Below, piece after piece: positions 25,212-38,697 of a stretch of 64,000 nucleotides of DNA. The notes under the pieces were generated by a model. The model searched no databases and had not been told where the DNA came from. It worked only from the letters and a program-made list of their open reading frames with translations. Each line of letters starts with the position of its first letter. Position 1 is the first letter of the stretch. The DNA lies in the NCBI RefSeq assembly GCF_006345805.1, contig NC_043014.1:49910001-49974000 (forward strand), given 5' to 3'. Both the position numbers and the translations under genes were made by a program. The stretch is from Octopus sinensis. Its lineage: Eukaryota.

Positions 25212-26622
25212 TACATACATATGTATATATATAATGATGAAGGAAATTGTTGTATACAGTGCTCAGGTAGACTACAACTAAGAAAAAAAAGGCCATCGTT
25301 AGGTGTACTGTTAGTGGATTTCAGGAAGCATAGGGGTTTTGAGGGATGTAGGGCCTCGACAGCTAACAACTGATGTGGGTCGTTTATTCAATGCTTCAGC
25401 AATTCTGAGCATGAGCTGTGTCGTTTTTGTTTTTTATGTCCGTTGCCAGCCTTGCCTGGCCCTCGTGCCGGTGGCACATAAAAAGCACCATCCGTTCGTG
25501 GCCGTTTGCCAGCTCTGTCTGGCTCCAGTGCGGGTGGCACGTAAAAAGCACCCACTACACTCACGGAGTGGTTGGCGTTAGGAAGGGCATCCAGCCGTAG
25601 AAACACTGCCAGATTTGACTGGGCCTGATGAAGCCTTCTGGCTTCACAGACCCCAGTAGAACCGTCCAACCCATGCTAGCATGGAAAACGGACGCTAAAT
25701 GATGATGATGATGAAGCATGTCCACGAGTGTTTGTCATATGGAATTCAAAAAGGTGCCCAAGGTTGTTGTAGGAAAGATGGTGAACAATCTTGTGGGTGT
25801 CAACCAAATCAGTTGCCAGATGTCTGAGTTCCAAAGTATCCATACCCAGAGAAGCAAGACATTCAGAGTATGGTAGATGTCTGATAGCGGGTATTTGTTT
25901 TGTTGCACGTTTCTAAACAGTTTCCAGGAGATTTATATGCTGAGCAGGATAAGGGTTCCAGACTGGTGATGCAAATTCCAAGTGTGGACATACCGTTGTT
26001 GTATACAATTTTAAATAGATAGCTGGAAAGCAGCTGACAAAGGTCGTACTGAGAGATGCTAAGACATCCCCTCAGCCTTCTTGACAATCTAAGAGATGTA
26101 GTTTGTCCAAAGCAGATCATTGTTTACAATAATGCCCAGATCACATCCGCTAGAAGACTTCTTGAGATTAGTGTTGCTGAGGGAGTATGTAAAGCCTGGA
26201 TTTTTCCTCACAAAATGCATGGTAACACACTTATCCACAGCTAGCTTGAGTTGCCAGTCAGAGATCCATTGCTGCATGGTATCCAGGTTTGATTACAGGA
26301 AAGAGCTATAGCGCATAGGATCTGTTTCTTTTATTTCGAGGTACAGCTTGATGTCATCTGCATATTTCAGTATTGTAACATTCCTCAAATTGGCATTTAT
26401 ATCATTAATATATGCAACAAACAGCAGGGGTCCAAGAACAGATCCCTGTGATACACCAGAGGTCATCTTGTAGGGTGAAGAATCATATCCTAGAAAGGTA
26501 ACTACCTCTTTCCTACCAAGAATGAAGGACTTCAGCCAGTTATAGAGATCATCCTTCTCACCCATTGCAGAGAGTTTTACCATGAGTCGTTCGTGTGGCA
26601 CAGAGCTGAAGGCTTTAGACAA
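25212..26622 (-). mobile_element. CR1-clade LINE, RT domain and 3' end, decayed
   Basis: SKAFSSVPH...SGVSQGSVLGPLLFVAYIND...KYADDIKLY, then WQLKLAVDKC...DLGIIV. The 3' end resembles 63040-63386. Interrupted by a family-3 copy. Confidence 0.88.
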
Positions 26623-26850
26623 ATAGGAAAAATGAGAAGGGTATAAATTAATGAAATGACAACATAGAGGACAGAAGTAAAGGAATAAGGCCCTTGCAAC
26701 AGTCCATGGGTAGTTACAAGAAAGAAAGGAAAAAGAGAGAAAGAAAGACAGAAAGAAAGAGAGAGAGAGAAATAAATAAATAAATAAAGAAAGAAAGAAA
26801 GAATAGTAAAGAGTGTGTATTTATAGCGTGGCTGATCCCAGGAATTAACA

Positions 26851-27064
26851 AATTAGTATGGAGAAGGACATCATGCTCGAAATGGTCAGTGGCAAGAGAG
26901 GAAGAGGCCGACCAAGAACCCGCTGGCTTGACACCATCAAGAGTGATACCAGAATGGACATAGCCAGTCTGAAAGAAGCGGCCCAGGATAGAACTGACTG
27001 GAGGACACTGATCCATCGAGTAACCGAGAGTCGACTTCGACTGAGCGGATAGATAGATAGATAG
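26851..27064 (+). mobile_element. RTE/BovB-like LINE 3' end
   Basis: Encodes EKDIMLEMVSGKRGRGRPRTRWLDTIK...AAQDRTDWRTLIHRVTESRLRL. (gata)n tail and flanking attaaca direct repeat. Confidence 0.85.
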
Positions 27065-27396
27065 ATTAACACAGCTACTTAATATTCTTGTATGAACAAA
27101 ACTAGAAATACAAAAGTGTCGCCAGAAAAAATAATTAAAAACTACGACAATAACTACTAAAATACAATAACCAATATAGTCATAGATACACTATGTCCAA
27201 TAAACTGGTGGTATGGTTACGGTTGGAGTGTCTTATCATCAAACTATTCAATCAAATATGATTTAGATCGAAACAGTGTTATACTGTTATTTAGTCCCAG
27301 ATTAGCCGTGGACCAATAGAATTAGGATCAAAATTAGTCAAGTCGTAACCATCAGATCTTCAGGAACAATGTACATCAGAGTACGTTATCCTATCT

Positions 27397-28004
27397 GGAT
27401 CTCTTCGGTTTGACCGGCAGATTTTAAAAATAATTTCTTTGTAACTAAGCACTTTTAAACTTCGTATACTGGTAGAATGTGTTTATAAAACATGGCAGAC
27501 ATTGTTTTCACCTCAATAGACATTATTGCCAAAAATTAAGAAATTAAAGACCAAATATCTTACAAACTACAGAATTTTCTCAAGAAAGCCAAGAGAAAAA
27601 GAGGATCTTTTCGGTTTGAACGGCAGTTTTTTCTAGCGGTGTCATATGAAATTGTCACCCATAATTATGACCCTAGTATCGATCTATTGCATTTCAATCT
27701 GTTTTAGGGGTGGGGAAAGGTATCTTTTTTTATTCAGAAATGTAAACAAACCCAATCTGTTTCTTAAACGAGGGACATATTCATACAGCACAGAATGTTT
27801 TCACCTCAATAGACGTCATTGATTGGTTGAAATTGCAGAAATTGAAGAAAAAAACAACAAATATCTTACAAACTATAGAATTTTCTCAATAAAGCCAAGA
27901 GAAAAAGATGTTTTATAAACACAGTCTACCAGTATACGAAGTTTAAAATTTTTTAGTTACAAAGAAATTATTTTAAAAATCTGCCGGTCAAACCGAAAAG
28001 ATCC
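27397..28004. mobile_element. Composite MITE with ~95-bp inverted termini
   Basis: ggatctcttcggtttgaccggcag...cttcgtatactggtag at the left, its reverse complement at the right, and an internal second terminus at 27603. Related fragment at about 33638-33710. Confidence 0.75.
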
Positions 28005-28179
28005 AGATCTCATTAGGATTCTAATTTTTAGAATTATCCATTTTTAAGCTGATAGGATGTAGTTTGGCTTCTATTTCTAGCATTTTGTGTTACCCTCTAG
28101 TGGCTTCCGCGATGTGCAGTAAGGGAGGTTACTCTAGAAATAAGTCCTCCCATAACTTCCTGACAACCTTTCGCGAACA

Positions 28180-29135
28180 TTCTCTCTCTCTCTCTCTCTT
28201 TGTGTTTGTCTCTCTCCCCCTCTCACTCTGACTAATCCTTCCCTCTCACTGTACTTTTCTCCTCTTCCTCTTTCACTGCACTTTTCACAATCTCCCCTCT
28301 CTCTTTTACACTATCTTTCTCTCTTACTGCGTCTATCTCTCAGTGTCCCACACTCCCTCTCCCACTCATCCTCATTGTGTGTATTTTTCACTCTCCCTCG
28401 CCTTGTCCATTTCCTTTCGCTCTCCCTCTCTCATTGTATCTATTTCTCAGTGCTCTCTCTCTCTCTCTCTCTCTCTTATTTCCTCCTCTTCCTCTCACTC
28501 TTATATTTATCTTACTCTATCTGTCTACCTATCTCTGGTATTGTAACTGTGTCTTTATCGCTCTCTCTCTCTCATTGTATCTATTTCTCAGTGTATCTCT
28601 CTTTCCTCCTCCTCTGTGTGCATATGTGCTTCTCTTCCTCCTCTCACTCTTATCTCTACCTTACACTACCTGTCTATCTCTCTCTCCTAACGTAACTGTA
28701 TCTATATCGCTCTCTCTCTCTCTCATTGTATCTATTTCTCAGTGCTCTCTCTCTCTCTTTCTTCCTCCTCCTCTGTGTGCATATGCGATTCTCTTGCTCC
28801 TCTCACTTCTATCACTCTACCTCTCTATCTCTCTCTCGTAGCGTAACTGTCTCCCTGTCGCTATCAACCTCTCATTGTATCTATTTCTCAGTGCATCTCT
28901 CTCTCTCTCTCTTTCCTCCTCCTCTGTGTGCATGTGTTTCTCTTCCTCCCCTCACTCCTATCACTCTCTTACTCTATCAGTCTATCTCTCTCTCGTAGCG
29001 TAACTGTCTCCCTATCACTACCCCCTCTCTATTTCTGTCTATCTCTCTCTCCTAACGTAACTGTGTCTCTATCGCTATCACCCTCTCTCTCTCTATTCTT
29101 GTCCATCTCTTTCTCTTTCTCTCTCTTTCTGCCCT
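28180..29135. repeat. ~950-bp CT-rich composite tandem repeat immediately upstream of the RPAP3 ATG
   Basis: Recurring ctctcattgtatctatttctcagtg and cgtaactgt modules in a pyrimidine-rich strand. Confidence 0.85.
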
Positions 29136-29174
29136 AAAACATAATTAACAACATTTTCCCTTCAAAACAAGAAA

Positions 29175-29345
29175 ATGCCGATCTCTGAACATGAACAGAA
29201 ACTGCTTACGCTCCAGAACCAGATTCGTGAGAACCAGGTGGAGATGCAGGATTACCTGAAGGACCTCGATAATTGGCAAAACGAAATCTCCAAGAAAGAG
29301 AAAGCATTAAAAGACAACAAGGAATCCGACAAAACTTCGTCTCGC
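29175..29345 (+). CDS. RPAP3: RNA polymerase II-associated protein 3 (R2TP co-chaperone), coding exon 1
   Basis: MPISEHEQKLLTLQNQIRENQVEMQDYLKDLDNWQNEISKKEKAL resembles the RPAP3 N-terminus (LQ.Q...N..E.QD...DL.NW). Donor gtaagg at 29346. Confidence 0.9.
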
Positions 29346-29497
29346 GTAAGGAGGAGAGGTCTCTTTTGGACTCTTGAATGGTTTGTTGTGAGTGGCATGT
29401 GTTGGATGGAGTCTGTTTGCATAGTAACTGTACATTGTATATATATATATATATATACATGTTAATATGACTGCATGCGTGTATATAGTAATTGCGT

Positions 29498-29529
<32 letters not shown>

Positions 29530-29621
29530 CCGGAGTAAACACATAAATGTGAAACAAGGTGGAAAAAAGAGTACTCAAATTCCAGTGGTAGAGTAATATG
29601 CTTTATAAAGTATATATATAT

Positions 29622-29655
<34 letters not shown>

Positions 29656-29679
29656 AATAATATATATATATATATATAT

Positions 29680-30186
29680 AGGCTATATATTATACAGATT
29701 ATATATATATAGGCTATATATTATACAGATTATATAAAAATAGACTTGTGATTGTCCTCATTTATCGATATATATATATATATACTCACACATGTTCATA
29801 GGTGTGTGTAGTAACATTGTGTAGCGGTTATATATTATGTTGTAAAAACAGTGCCCACTGCCCTATTGTATCGAATATGTGTGTGTGTACTGCATGTGTG
29901 GATGTGATGATGTGTGTATATATAGCAACTATTCATTATATATATATATATATATATATAGGCTATATATTATACAGATTATATAAAAATAGACTTGTGA
30001 TTGTCCTAATTTATCGAAAATATATATATATATTTAAAACAAAGTATATATATGTACTCACATGTTCATAGGTGTGTATAGTAGCATTGTGTAGATGGTT
30101 ATATATTATGTAGTAAAAACAGTGCCCACTGCCCTATTGTATCGAATATATGTGTGTGGAGTGATGTGTGTATATATAGCAACGCC

Positions 30187-30231
<45 letters not shown>

Positions 30232-30470
30232 CAAAGTATATATATATACTCACATGTTCATAGGTGTGTGTAGTAACATTGTGTAGACGGTTATATATAT
30301 ATTATGTTGTAAAAACAGTGCCCACTGCCCTATTGTATCGAATATGTGTGTGTGTACTGCATGTGTGGAGTGATGTGTGTATATATAGCAACTATTCATT
30401 ATATATATAGGCTATATATTATACAGATTATATAAAAATAGACTTGTAATTGTTCTAATTTATCGAAAAT
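29680..30470. repeat. Tandem duplications of a ~200-270 bp unit punctuated by (TA)n
   Basis: aaaacagtgcccactgccctattgtatcgaatat occurs three times and ggctatatattatacagattatata four times. Confidence 0.85.
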
Positions 30471-33292
30471 ATGCATGTGTGGTGATATTGCGTTGTGTGT
30501 TTATTGATATAAGCCGTTAAAAGCGAAATTTGGAGTTCCATTCGAATCAGTGTTGCGAATGAATTTCACTCCACAAAATGTATTGAATCCTACAAGTTGA
30601 TCTTCAATACCAAACAATACAAGGGCGGCGAGCTGGCAGAATCGTTAGCACGTCGGGCGAAATGCTTAGCGGTAATTCGTCTGCCGATACGATCTGAGTT
30701 CAAATTCCGCCGAGGTCGACTTTGCCTTTCATCCTTTCGGAGTCGATTAAATAAGTACCAGTTACGCACTGGGATCGGTGTAATCGACTTAATCCCTTTG
30801 TCTGTCCTTGTTTGTCCCCTCTGTGTTTAGCCCCTTGTGGGCAATAAAGAAATGAATACCAAACAATACATACATGCATGCATACGTACGTACATACATA
30901 CGTTGTAGAGCACCTGAGGACTATAGGTGTGTGTGAAATTTGAATTTAAACGTTCAACTTTGTTTCACTGGGTCATGCTGTTTTTCTACTTTATTTTTCT
31001 GCTTTAGGAGTGTCTGTGAGATACTCAACCATTTACTCATTAATTCAAATAGCAGGTTGTGTTCATTTAATCCAACAACTCTTCTCATCGTTGGAGTTGC
31101 GTATGTATGTATGTATGTATCTATCTTTCTGTCTGTCTGTCTACCTATCTACTATCTATCTATCTATCTACCTGTCTGTCTGTCTATCTATCTATTTATC
31201 TACCTATCCTCACAGTGATCATCATCATCATTTAGCATCTGTTTTCCATGCTAGCATGGGTTGGACGGTTCAACTGGGGTCTGTCAAGCCGGAAGGCTGC
31301 ATCAGGCCCAGTCTGATCTGGCAGTGTTTCTACGGCTGGATGCCCTTCCTAACGCCAACCACTCCGTGAGTGTGGTGGGTGCTTTTTACGTGCCACCCGC
31401 ACAGGTGCCAGATGGAGCTGGCAAACGGCCACGAACGGATGGTGCTTTTACGTGTCAACGGACACGAACGGATAGTGCTTTTACGTGCCACCGGCACGGA
31501 GGCCAGGCGAGGCTGGCAACAGACGCGAGCGGATGGTGCTTTTACGTGCCACCGGCACAGGGGCCAGGCGAGGCTGGCAACGGACTTGAACGGATGGTGC
31601 TTTTACGTGCCACCAGCACGGGGGCCAGGCGAGGCTGGCAGCGGACACGACAATCGGATGGTTCGCTTAACCACAGCTGCAACTTCCACTGATGTTGATC
31701 GGCCTCAATTTTGGTTCTGCTTTCTGATGACTTTCTGATAGTTGTAAATAAGTGTTAATGTTAGCGTTTTACAAGCGGTGTGTTTTCCAGTCTTCCGTGA
31801 AAACATGTCTGGCCAAGGGGAAATATTTCTTGGAAACAGGTGAGGGCTGGTGACAGGAAGGGCATCCAGCTGTGAAAAAACACATTCTGTCTGCCCAGTG
31901 AGGGTTATATGTATATATGGTAAAAATTGGTCACAGAGTTCGGTACAGGTTGCGTTATATAAACAAAAAATGGGTGAAAATGCATGATAACGTTAAGCGA
32001 ATTATTGTAATAATTTTAGACAAATTAAGGAGACAAAAACAAGTGTAATATTTCATTTAAATAGTTCGTTATATATATTTGCGCAGGAGTGGCTGTGTGG
32101 TAAGTAGCTTGTTTACCAACCACATGGTTCCAGGTTCAGTCCCACTGCGTGGCACCTTGGGCAAGTGTCTTCTACTATAGCCTCGGGCCGACCAAAGCCT
32201 TGTGAGTGGATTTGGTAGACGGAAACTGAAAGAAGCCCGTTGTATATATGTATATATATATGTGTGTTTGTGTTTCTGTGTTTGTCCCCTTAGCATTGCT
32301 TGACAACCGATGCTGGTGTGTTTACGTCCCCCGTTACTTAGCAGTTCGGCAAAAGAGACCAATAGAATAAGTACTGGGCTTACAAAGAATAAGTCGCGAG
32401 GTCGATTTGCTCGACTAAAGGCGGTGCACCAGCATGGCCGCAGTCAAATGACTGAAACAAGTAAAAGAGTAAAAGAGTATATATAACCAGTTTCATTCAT
32501 CCATGTATACACGCACACACATATATTTGTATATATGCAAATATATGTGTGTGTGTTTAGTAAATACAAGAATGGCTAGTACAAGTATAGACATGTTTTA
32601 ATACACTCACATATATTATAAATGGGAAGGAATTCTGTTAAGCCTGTGTAACAACCCTTGGGAAAAAAAAACACTGTTGTCTTTTACTCAGAGTATCACG
32701 TTCCCATTTCACAGGAATGTGAAACTCTGAGTAACAGTTTTCGCGATATTTTTGCAGCTTTTTAAAAAAGCATATTTCTCTACCTCTGGTATTCGAGTAC
32801 TATTTTTTCCACCTTGTTTCGCATTTATGCGCTTACTCTGGTATACATACATGCATGCATACATACAGACAGACAGAGTGAGGCAAATTTTGTGGATAAA
32901 CAAATTAGATATATTTAATATATCTAATTTGTTTATCTACCTAATTTGCCTCTATATCCATTCTTTACACTATGGAATCGATCCCCTGTAAAGACATCAG
33001 AGTCTAAGTTTGACTATTTTGAGTATTACTAAGTGTCTTCTATACTGAAAGCCTCTGGATCGCATTTGTGGACTATATATACATATACACACGTTGGTCT
33101 TCTTTCAGTTTCTGTCTACTAAATACAACCAGGAGTTATAGTAGAAGACACTTACCAAGGTGTTACGCAGTGGGATTAAAACTACATGCTGTGCCAGCTG
33201 CGAAATGAAAATGGCTGAATGAAATGAGGAAATATTTAGTGACCTAATTTAATTTTGTTTTAATCATTTAATTTTATAAATTTAATCTACAG

Positions 33293-33427
33293 GTGCTACC
33301 ACCGATTAGAAACAGTTCACGACGGAAAAAGAAACGCAAAGTGAAAAGCACTTCTGAAACGACCCCTGCTCCGAAATCTAACCGTATACGCAGCTATGAT
33401 TATGCTGCTTGGGAGAAATTTGATGCA
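33293..33427 (+). CDS. RPAP3: RPAP3 coding exon 2
   Basis: Encodes VLPPIRNSSRRKKKRK...NRIRSYDYAAWEKFDA (LPPIRN and SYDY..W motifs). ag/gt boundaries, phase 0. Confidence 0.93.
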
Positions 33428-33887
33428 GTAAGCATTTTGTTATTTGGTAAATCAATAATTCCACTTTGGAAATAAACAATGTTGGATGTGTGTTGTTGGC
33501 TGGTGTAGGGGTATAGACATGTTTTTGTGAAGTTTGATTCACAAGGAGCTCGCATGGTGCTTTGAGCAGATATCTTCTGTGTAAGGGCTTCAGCTAGACC
33601 AAAGCTTTATGAGTGATATTTGGTAGATGGAAGCAATGGATCTTTTCAGATTGACTGGCAGTTTTTTCTAGTGGTGTCATATGAAATTGTCACCCATAAT
33701 TATGACCCTCGTTCTTGGTCTAGCCCTAATTCTCCTGCCAGTTGACTTGCCTCAAGAATCCATCTTTTGAGATCTTTTTTTGTGATATTCTAATCAAAGG
33801 TCCATAGCACCAGAGCTGGTGTCCCTCAATACAGAGAAGTACCAGCTCAACCTGGACAGGTTTCTTGTTCTTTGCGCTATGCTCCCT

Positions 33888-34190
33888 GTGGAGGCACATG
33901 GCCTTGTGGTTAGAGCAGCGGACTCGCGGTAGGGGGATCACAGGTTCGAATCTCAGACCGGGTGATGTGTGTGTTTATGAGCGAAACACCTAAGCTCCAC
34001 GCAGCTCTGGCAGAAGGTAATGGCGAACTTCTGCTGACTCTTTCGCCACAACTTTCTCTCACCCTTTCCTCCTGCATCTTGCAGCTCACTGCAATGGACC
34101 AGCGTCTCGTCCAGGTGGGGAACCTATACACCAAGGAAACCAGGAAACCGGCCCTTATGAGCCAGGCGTGACTCAAGAAGGAACAAACAA
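33888..34190 (+). mobile_element. tRNA-derived SINE family 4
   Basis: Homologous to 10005-10288. TSD ctatgctccct at 33877 and 34191. Confidence 0.85.
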
Positions 34191-34324
34191 CTATGCTCCC
34201 TGTACAGTAACATTACTCCAGAGATCCTTTGAAGGGCCTCTTTTATGTGTAACTTCAATAATTCAGCACTAAAACATTTCTTCTTTTACCGTTTATCTCA
34301 TATTTTTTTTTAATGTATTTTCAG

Positions 34325-34438
34325 GACAAAGTCTGTGATGAAATATCTGAAGATAAGTCTTCATCTTCCGAATCTCTTACCGACGAAGAATTGGAGGAAT
34401 TACAACAGAAACAACAGGCTCTTGACGAGAAAGACAAA
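34325..34438 (+). CDS. RPAP3: RPAP3 coding exon 3
   Basis: Encodes DKVCDEISEDKSSSSESLTDEELEELQQKQQALDEKDK. tttcag acceptor and gtgagt donor. Confidence 0.9.
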
Positions 34439-35687
34439 GTGAGTATCAAACCCTGTATGCGAGACAGATTTTGCTTTGGTTTATTGGTAAAATGTCTCAG
34501 CTGTTTATTATTTTTATCATCATTATTATTATTATTAGCATGGCAGCAAGCTGGCAGAATCATTAGCACACTGGACGAAATGCATAGCGGTATTTCACCC
34601 ATCGCTACATTCTGAGTTCAAATCCCACCAAGGTTGACTTTGTCTTTTGTCCTTTTGGGGTTAATAAATTAAGCACCAGTGGAAAAACTGGGGTCGATAT
34701 AATCAACTAGTCCCACCCAATAAATTTCAGGCCTTCTGCCTCCAGTAGAAAGGATCATTATTATTATTATCATCATCATCTTTAACTTTAAGGTGGTGAG
34801 CTGGTAGAATTGTTAGCATGCCAGAGAAAATGTTTAGAAGCGTTTCTTTCACCTTTACGTTCTGAGTTCAAATGCTACTGAGGTTAAGTTTGATTTTTAT
34901 CCTTTCGAAGTCACTAAAATAAAGTACCAGTCAAGTACTGGGGGTTGATGTAAGTGACCGGCCCTCTTCCCCCAAATTTCAAGCCTTGTGCTGATAGTGA
35001 AAAGGGTTATTAGTGCATTTTAAGGTGGAAAGCCGGTAGAATTATTAGAATCTGGGGCAAAATGCTTAGCGACATTTCGTCTGTTTTTATGATGATCATC
35101 ATCATCGTTTAACGTCCGCTTTCCATGCTAGCATGGGTTGGAAGATTTGACTGTGGTCTGGCGAACTAGATGGCTGCACCAGGCTCCAATCTGATCTGGC
35201 GGTTCCTACAGCTGGATGCCCTTCCTAACGCCAACCACTCTGAGAGTGTAGTGGGTGCTTTTACGTGCCACAGGCATGAGGGCCAGTCAGGCGGTACTGG
35301 CAATGACCTCGCTCAAACGGTGCGTTTTATGTGCCACCTTCAGAATTCAAATGCTGCCGAGGTTGACTTTGCCTGTCATCGTTTCAAGGTTGATGAAATA
35401 AGTACCAGTTGTGCAGTGGTTTGCGTCTGGCCATAGAAACCAAGCCAAAACAGACTACAGACCCTGGTGTGTCCCCTGGCCCTGCCAGTTCCTGTCAAGC
35501 CATCCAACCCATGCCAGCATGGAAAACGGATGTTAAATGCTGTGGTGGTGGTAGCAGTGGCAGCAGTGGTGGTAGTGGTGGTGGTAGTGGTGGTGGTAGT
35601 GGTGGTGGTAGTGGTGGTGGTAGTGGTGGTGGTGAGATGAACATAATGTTGATGATGATGATGATGATGATGTTTACTATTTTGCAG

Positions 35688-35815
35688 GGAAATGAATATT
35701 TCAAGAAGGGAGAGTACATGCTGGCCATAGATCACTACAGTCGGGGCCTCCAGTGTGATCCCACAAACCCACTCCTGGCTGCGAACAGGGCCATGGCACT
35801 CCTGAAACAAGACAA
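35688..35815 (+). CDS. RPAP3: RPAP3 coding exon 4 (TPR)
   Basis: Encodes GNEYFKKGEYMLAIDHYSRGLQCDPTNPLLAANRAMALLKQD, a carboxylate-clamp TPR. Ends in phase 2. Confidence 0.94.
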
Positions 35816-35882
35816 GTAAAGAACCCCTTTTGTTTATCTTTTAGATTGGTGTGTATGCATGTGTGTGTTTGTGTGTGTGTAT

Positions 35883-35913
<31 letters not shown>

Positions 35914-36634
35914 CATGTGTGATGTTTAAGTCCAGGTCAGTTTGCTGGTTTTCAATACTATACTGTTTGCACCTCCATCAACATCATCATCATCATCTCT
36001 GTCATCATCATCATCATCATCCCCATCACCACAACCAACATCACCACCAACACCATCATATTCACCATCGCCCTCATTATCACCACCACCATCATCATTG
36101 TGATTATCACCACTATCATCATCACCATCACCATTACCATTCTCCTCTTCCTCCACTTCTAACAGGTTGTTATTTCTAGCATATAGGGTGACCATGTAGA
36201 GGCTTCACTTGCTCATTGGCTGGTGCCTGTAAATAGTTTAAATAAGAGGAAATCACTTTACAACCCAACCACCACCACCACCACCCTCAAAAATGCCAAG
36301 ACTGAAACACACACACACACATGCACACACACAGACACACACATACATGTAATTATCCTCATTTAAAATCTGTCTTCTATGCTGATGTGGGTTGGACAGT
36401 TTGACAAGATGTCATGGGCCCAAGGCCCATATCATGTTCAGTGTCTGCTTCAGCACGATTTCCACAACTGGATGCCCTTCCTAATGTCATCCACTTTACA
36501 GAAGTCGACCGGGTGCTTTTTACATGGCACCAGCCCCTTTGAGGTCACCAAGTAGCTCGCAGGTCAGAGAACCCTTCAACTGAGTTTGGGGTAGCATTGA
36601 GGATTGTAGCTTTGTGCCAGGTAATGAGAGGAAA

Positions 36635-37050
36635 GGCGGCGAGCTGGCAGAAACGTTAGCACGCCGGGCGAAATGCTTAGCGGTATTTCGTCTGCCGTTA
36701 CGTTGTGAGTTCAAATTCCGCCGAGGTCGACTTTGCCTTTCATCCTTTCGGGGTCGATAAATTAAGTACCAGTTATGCACTGGGGTCGATGTAATCGACT
36801 TAATACCTATGTCTGTCCTTGTTTGTCCCCTCTGTGTTTAGCCCCTTGTGGGTAATAAAGAAATAGGTATTTCATCTGCCGTTACGTTCTGAGTTCAAAT
36901 TCCGCCGAAGTCGACTTTGCCTTTCATCCTTTCGGGGTCGATAAATTAAGCACCAGTTATGCACTGGGGTTGATGTAATCGACTTAATACCTATGTCTGT
37001 CCTTGTTTGTCCCCTCTGTGTTTAGCCCCTTGTGGGTAATAAAGAAATAG
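36635..37050 (+). mobile_element. Young SINE family 2 copy with internal tandem duplication
   Basis: 13-bp TSD aggtaatgagagg at 36619-36631 and 37049-37061. The body is repeated twice almost identically. Confidence 0.85.
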
Positions 37051-37265
37051 GTAATGAGAGGTTAGAATATGATTAGGGGGACAGTCCTTTTGCAGGGGTT
37101 AGAAAAACTGAAGGGCCGCTGCAATAAGTGTGTGGATTCTAAGAGGGAAATATGTTGGAAGAGAAAAGAATGAGAGTGTGTCTTTGTGTGTGTGTGTGTG
37201 GGAGAGAGAGAGAGAGAATGAACTTTCACAAATATGAGTCCCTTATTTTAATTTCTGCCTTTCAG

Positions 37266-37458
37266 ATATGCTGCTGCAGAAGAAGACTGTAACACTTGCT
37301 TGAGATTAGACCCGACCTACATCAAAGGATATTTACGAAGGGCCACAGCAAGATGTGGTTTACTAAAGTATAAAGAAGCGCTTGGGGACTACCACAAAGT
37401 CCTCAGGTTAGATCCGAGTAATAAGCTTGCACGAGTGGAAGCAGATAAATTACAAAAG
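37266..37458 (+). CDS. RPAP3: RPAP3 coding exon 5 (TPR)
   Basis: Encodes (K)YAAAEEDCNTCLRLDPTYIKGYLRRATARCGLLKYKEALGDYHKVLRLDPSNKLARVEADKLQK. Phase matches exon 4. Confidence 0.94.
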
Positions 37459-37918
37459 GTATTTGCTATTTTATACTTTACACGAGCAGAGATAATGCGA
37501 GGGCATCGAGAATGCTCCACGACTGATTTGCCACTGAAAAAGAGTGTTTGATTGTCTGGAAACAAGAGGACAGCTGTGGATACTTGCTTCTGTTTCAGTA
37601 TATTTGTGTGTGTGTGTGGGGCACTTGTGCCGGTGGCACGTGAACAAAACATTCGAGCAAGGTCGTTGCCAGTGCCGCTGGACTGACTCCTGTGCAAGTG
37701 GCATGTAAAAAACACCATTTTCGAGCGTGGCCGTTGCCAGTATCGCCAGACTGGCCCTTGTGCCGGTGGCACTTTAAAAGCACCCACTACACTCTCGGAG
37801 TGGTTGGCGTTAGGAAGGGCATTCAGCTGTAGAAACTCTGCCAGATCAAGATTGGAGCCTGGTGCAGCCATCTGGTTTGCCAGTCCTCGGTCAAATCGTC
37901 CAACCCATGCTAACTTGA

Positions 37919-37952
<34 letters not shown>

Positions 37953-37955
37953 GGT

Positions 37956-37986
<31 letters not shown>

Positions 37987-38697
37987 ATGCGTTTGTATTT
38001 CTTCATCTTGGTACTGCATGGTGGTCGTAAAATGATTGTCGCTGTCATACAAGCAGTGTCATTCATTCCCAATATTCTGGTGAAGATGTCTGGCTACCTG
38101 AAGAATATTACCTTGCTTAGAAACAGGTGAGGGTTGGGAGCAGGAAGAGCATCCAGTTGTAGAAAATCTGCCTCAAATAAACTCCATCTGACCCATGTAA
38201 GCACAGGAAAGTGGACATCAAATGATGATGATCTGGTGCAGCCTCCTGGCTTCCCAGACCCCAGTTGAACCATCCAACCCATGCTAGCATGGAAAACGGA
38301 CGTTAAACGATGATGATGTTGATGATTAGGTTTGCTTCAGCTAATTTCAAAAACAAGGCAATATTTAGTAGAGTAACTTTGTAATTACTAAGATGGTATT
38401 TAGGATATAATTTTAAAAAGAAATTTTAATTGACGGTTTTGATGTCAATCCCTTTAAAACAGGAAGTCTGTTTAAGAATCAGGGTCAAATTCAGATTGGT
38501 TGGGGTCACTTTATATCCTGATCCATCAAGTTTGTGATTGAAAGAATTCTATTAACGAACCATTTCGTGTTTTAAATATTTCTTTTTTCATATCAGTCTT
38601 AATAATAATATCTGTGATTAAAAACAATTTAATGCCATTACAGTAATTTTTTGGTTTTTTTTTTTTTTGTTTTTTTTAAACTTTTTCTTGTTTGCAG

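Noticed and set aside
31370-31650. CRISPR-like repeat-spacer appearance (also 2270-2680)
   Set aside because: The spacers are homologous to each other, the array lies inside a retroposon, the context is eukaryotic, and there are no cas genes.
32680-32740. Hairpin with GAAA-ctc-t-gag-TA-acag, resembling the 3' half of a hammerhead
   Set aside because: The CUGANGA half is absent in this copy, so no ribozyme can be supported.
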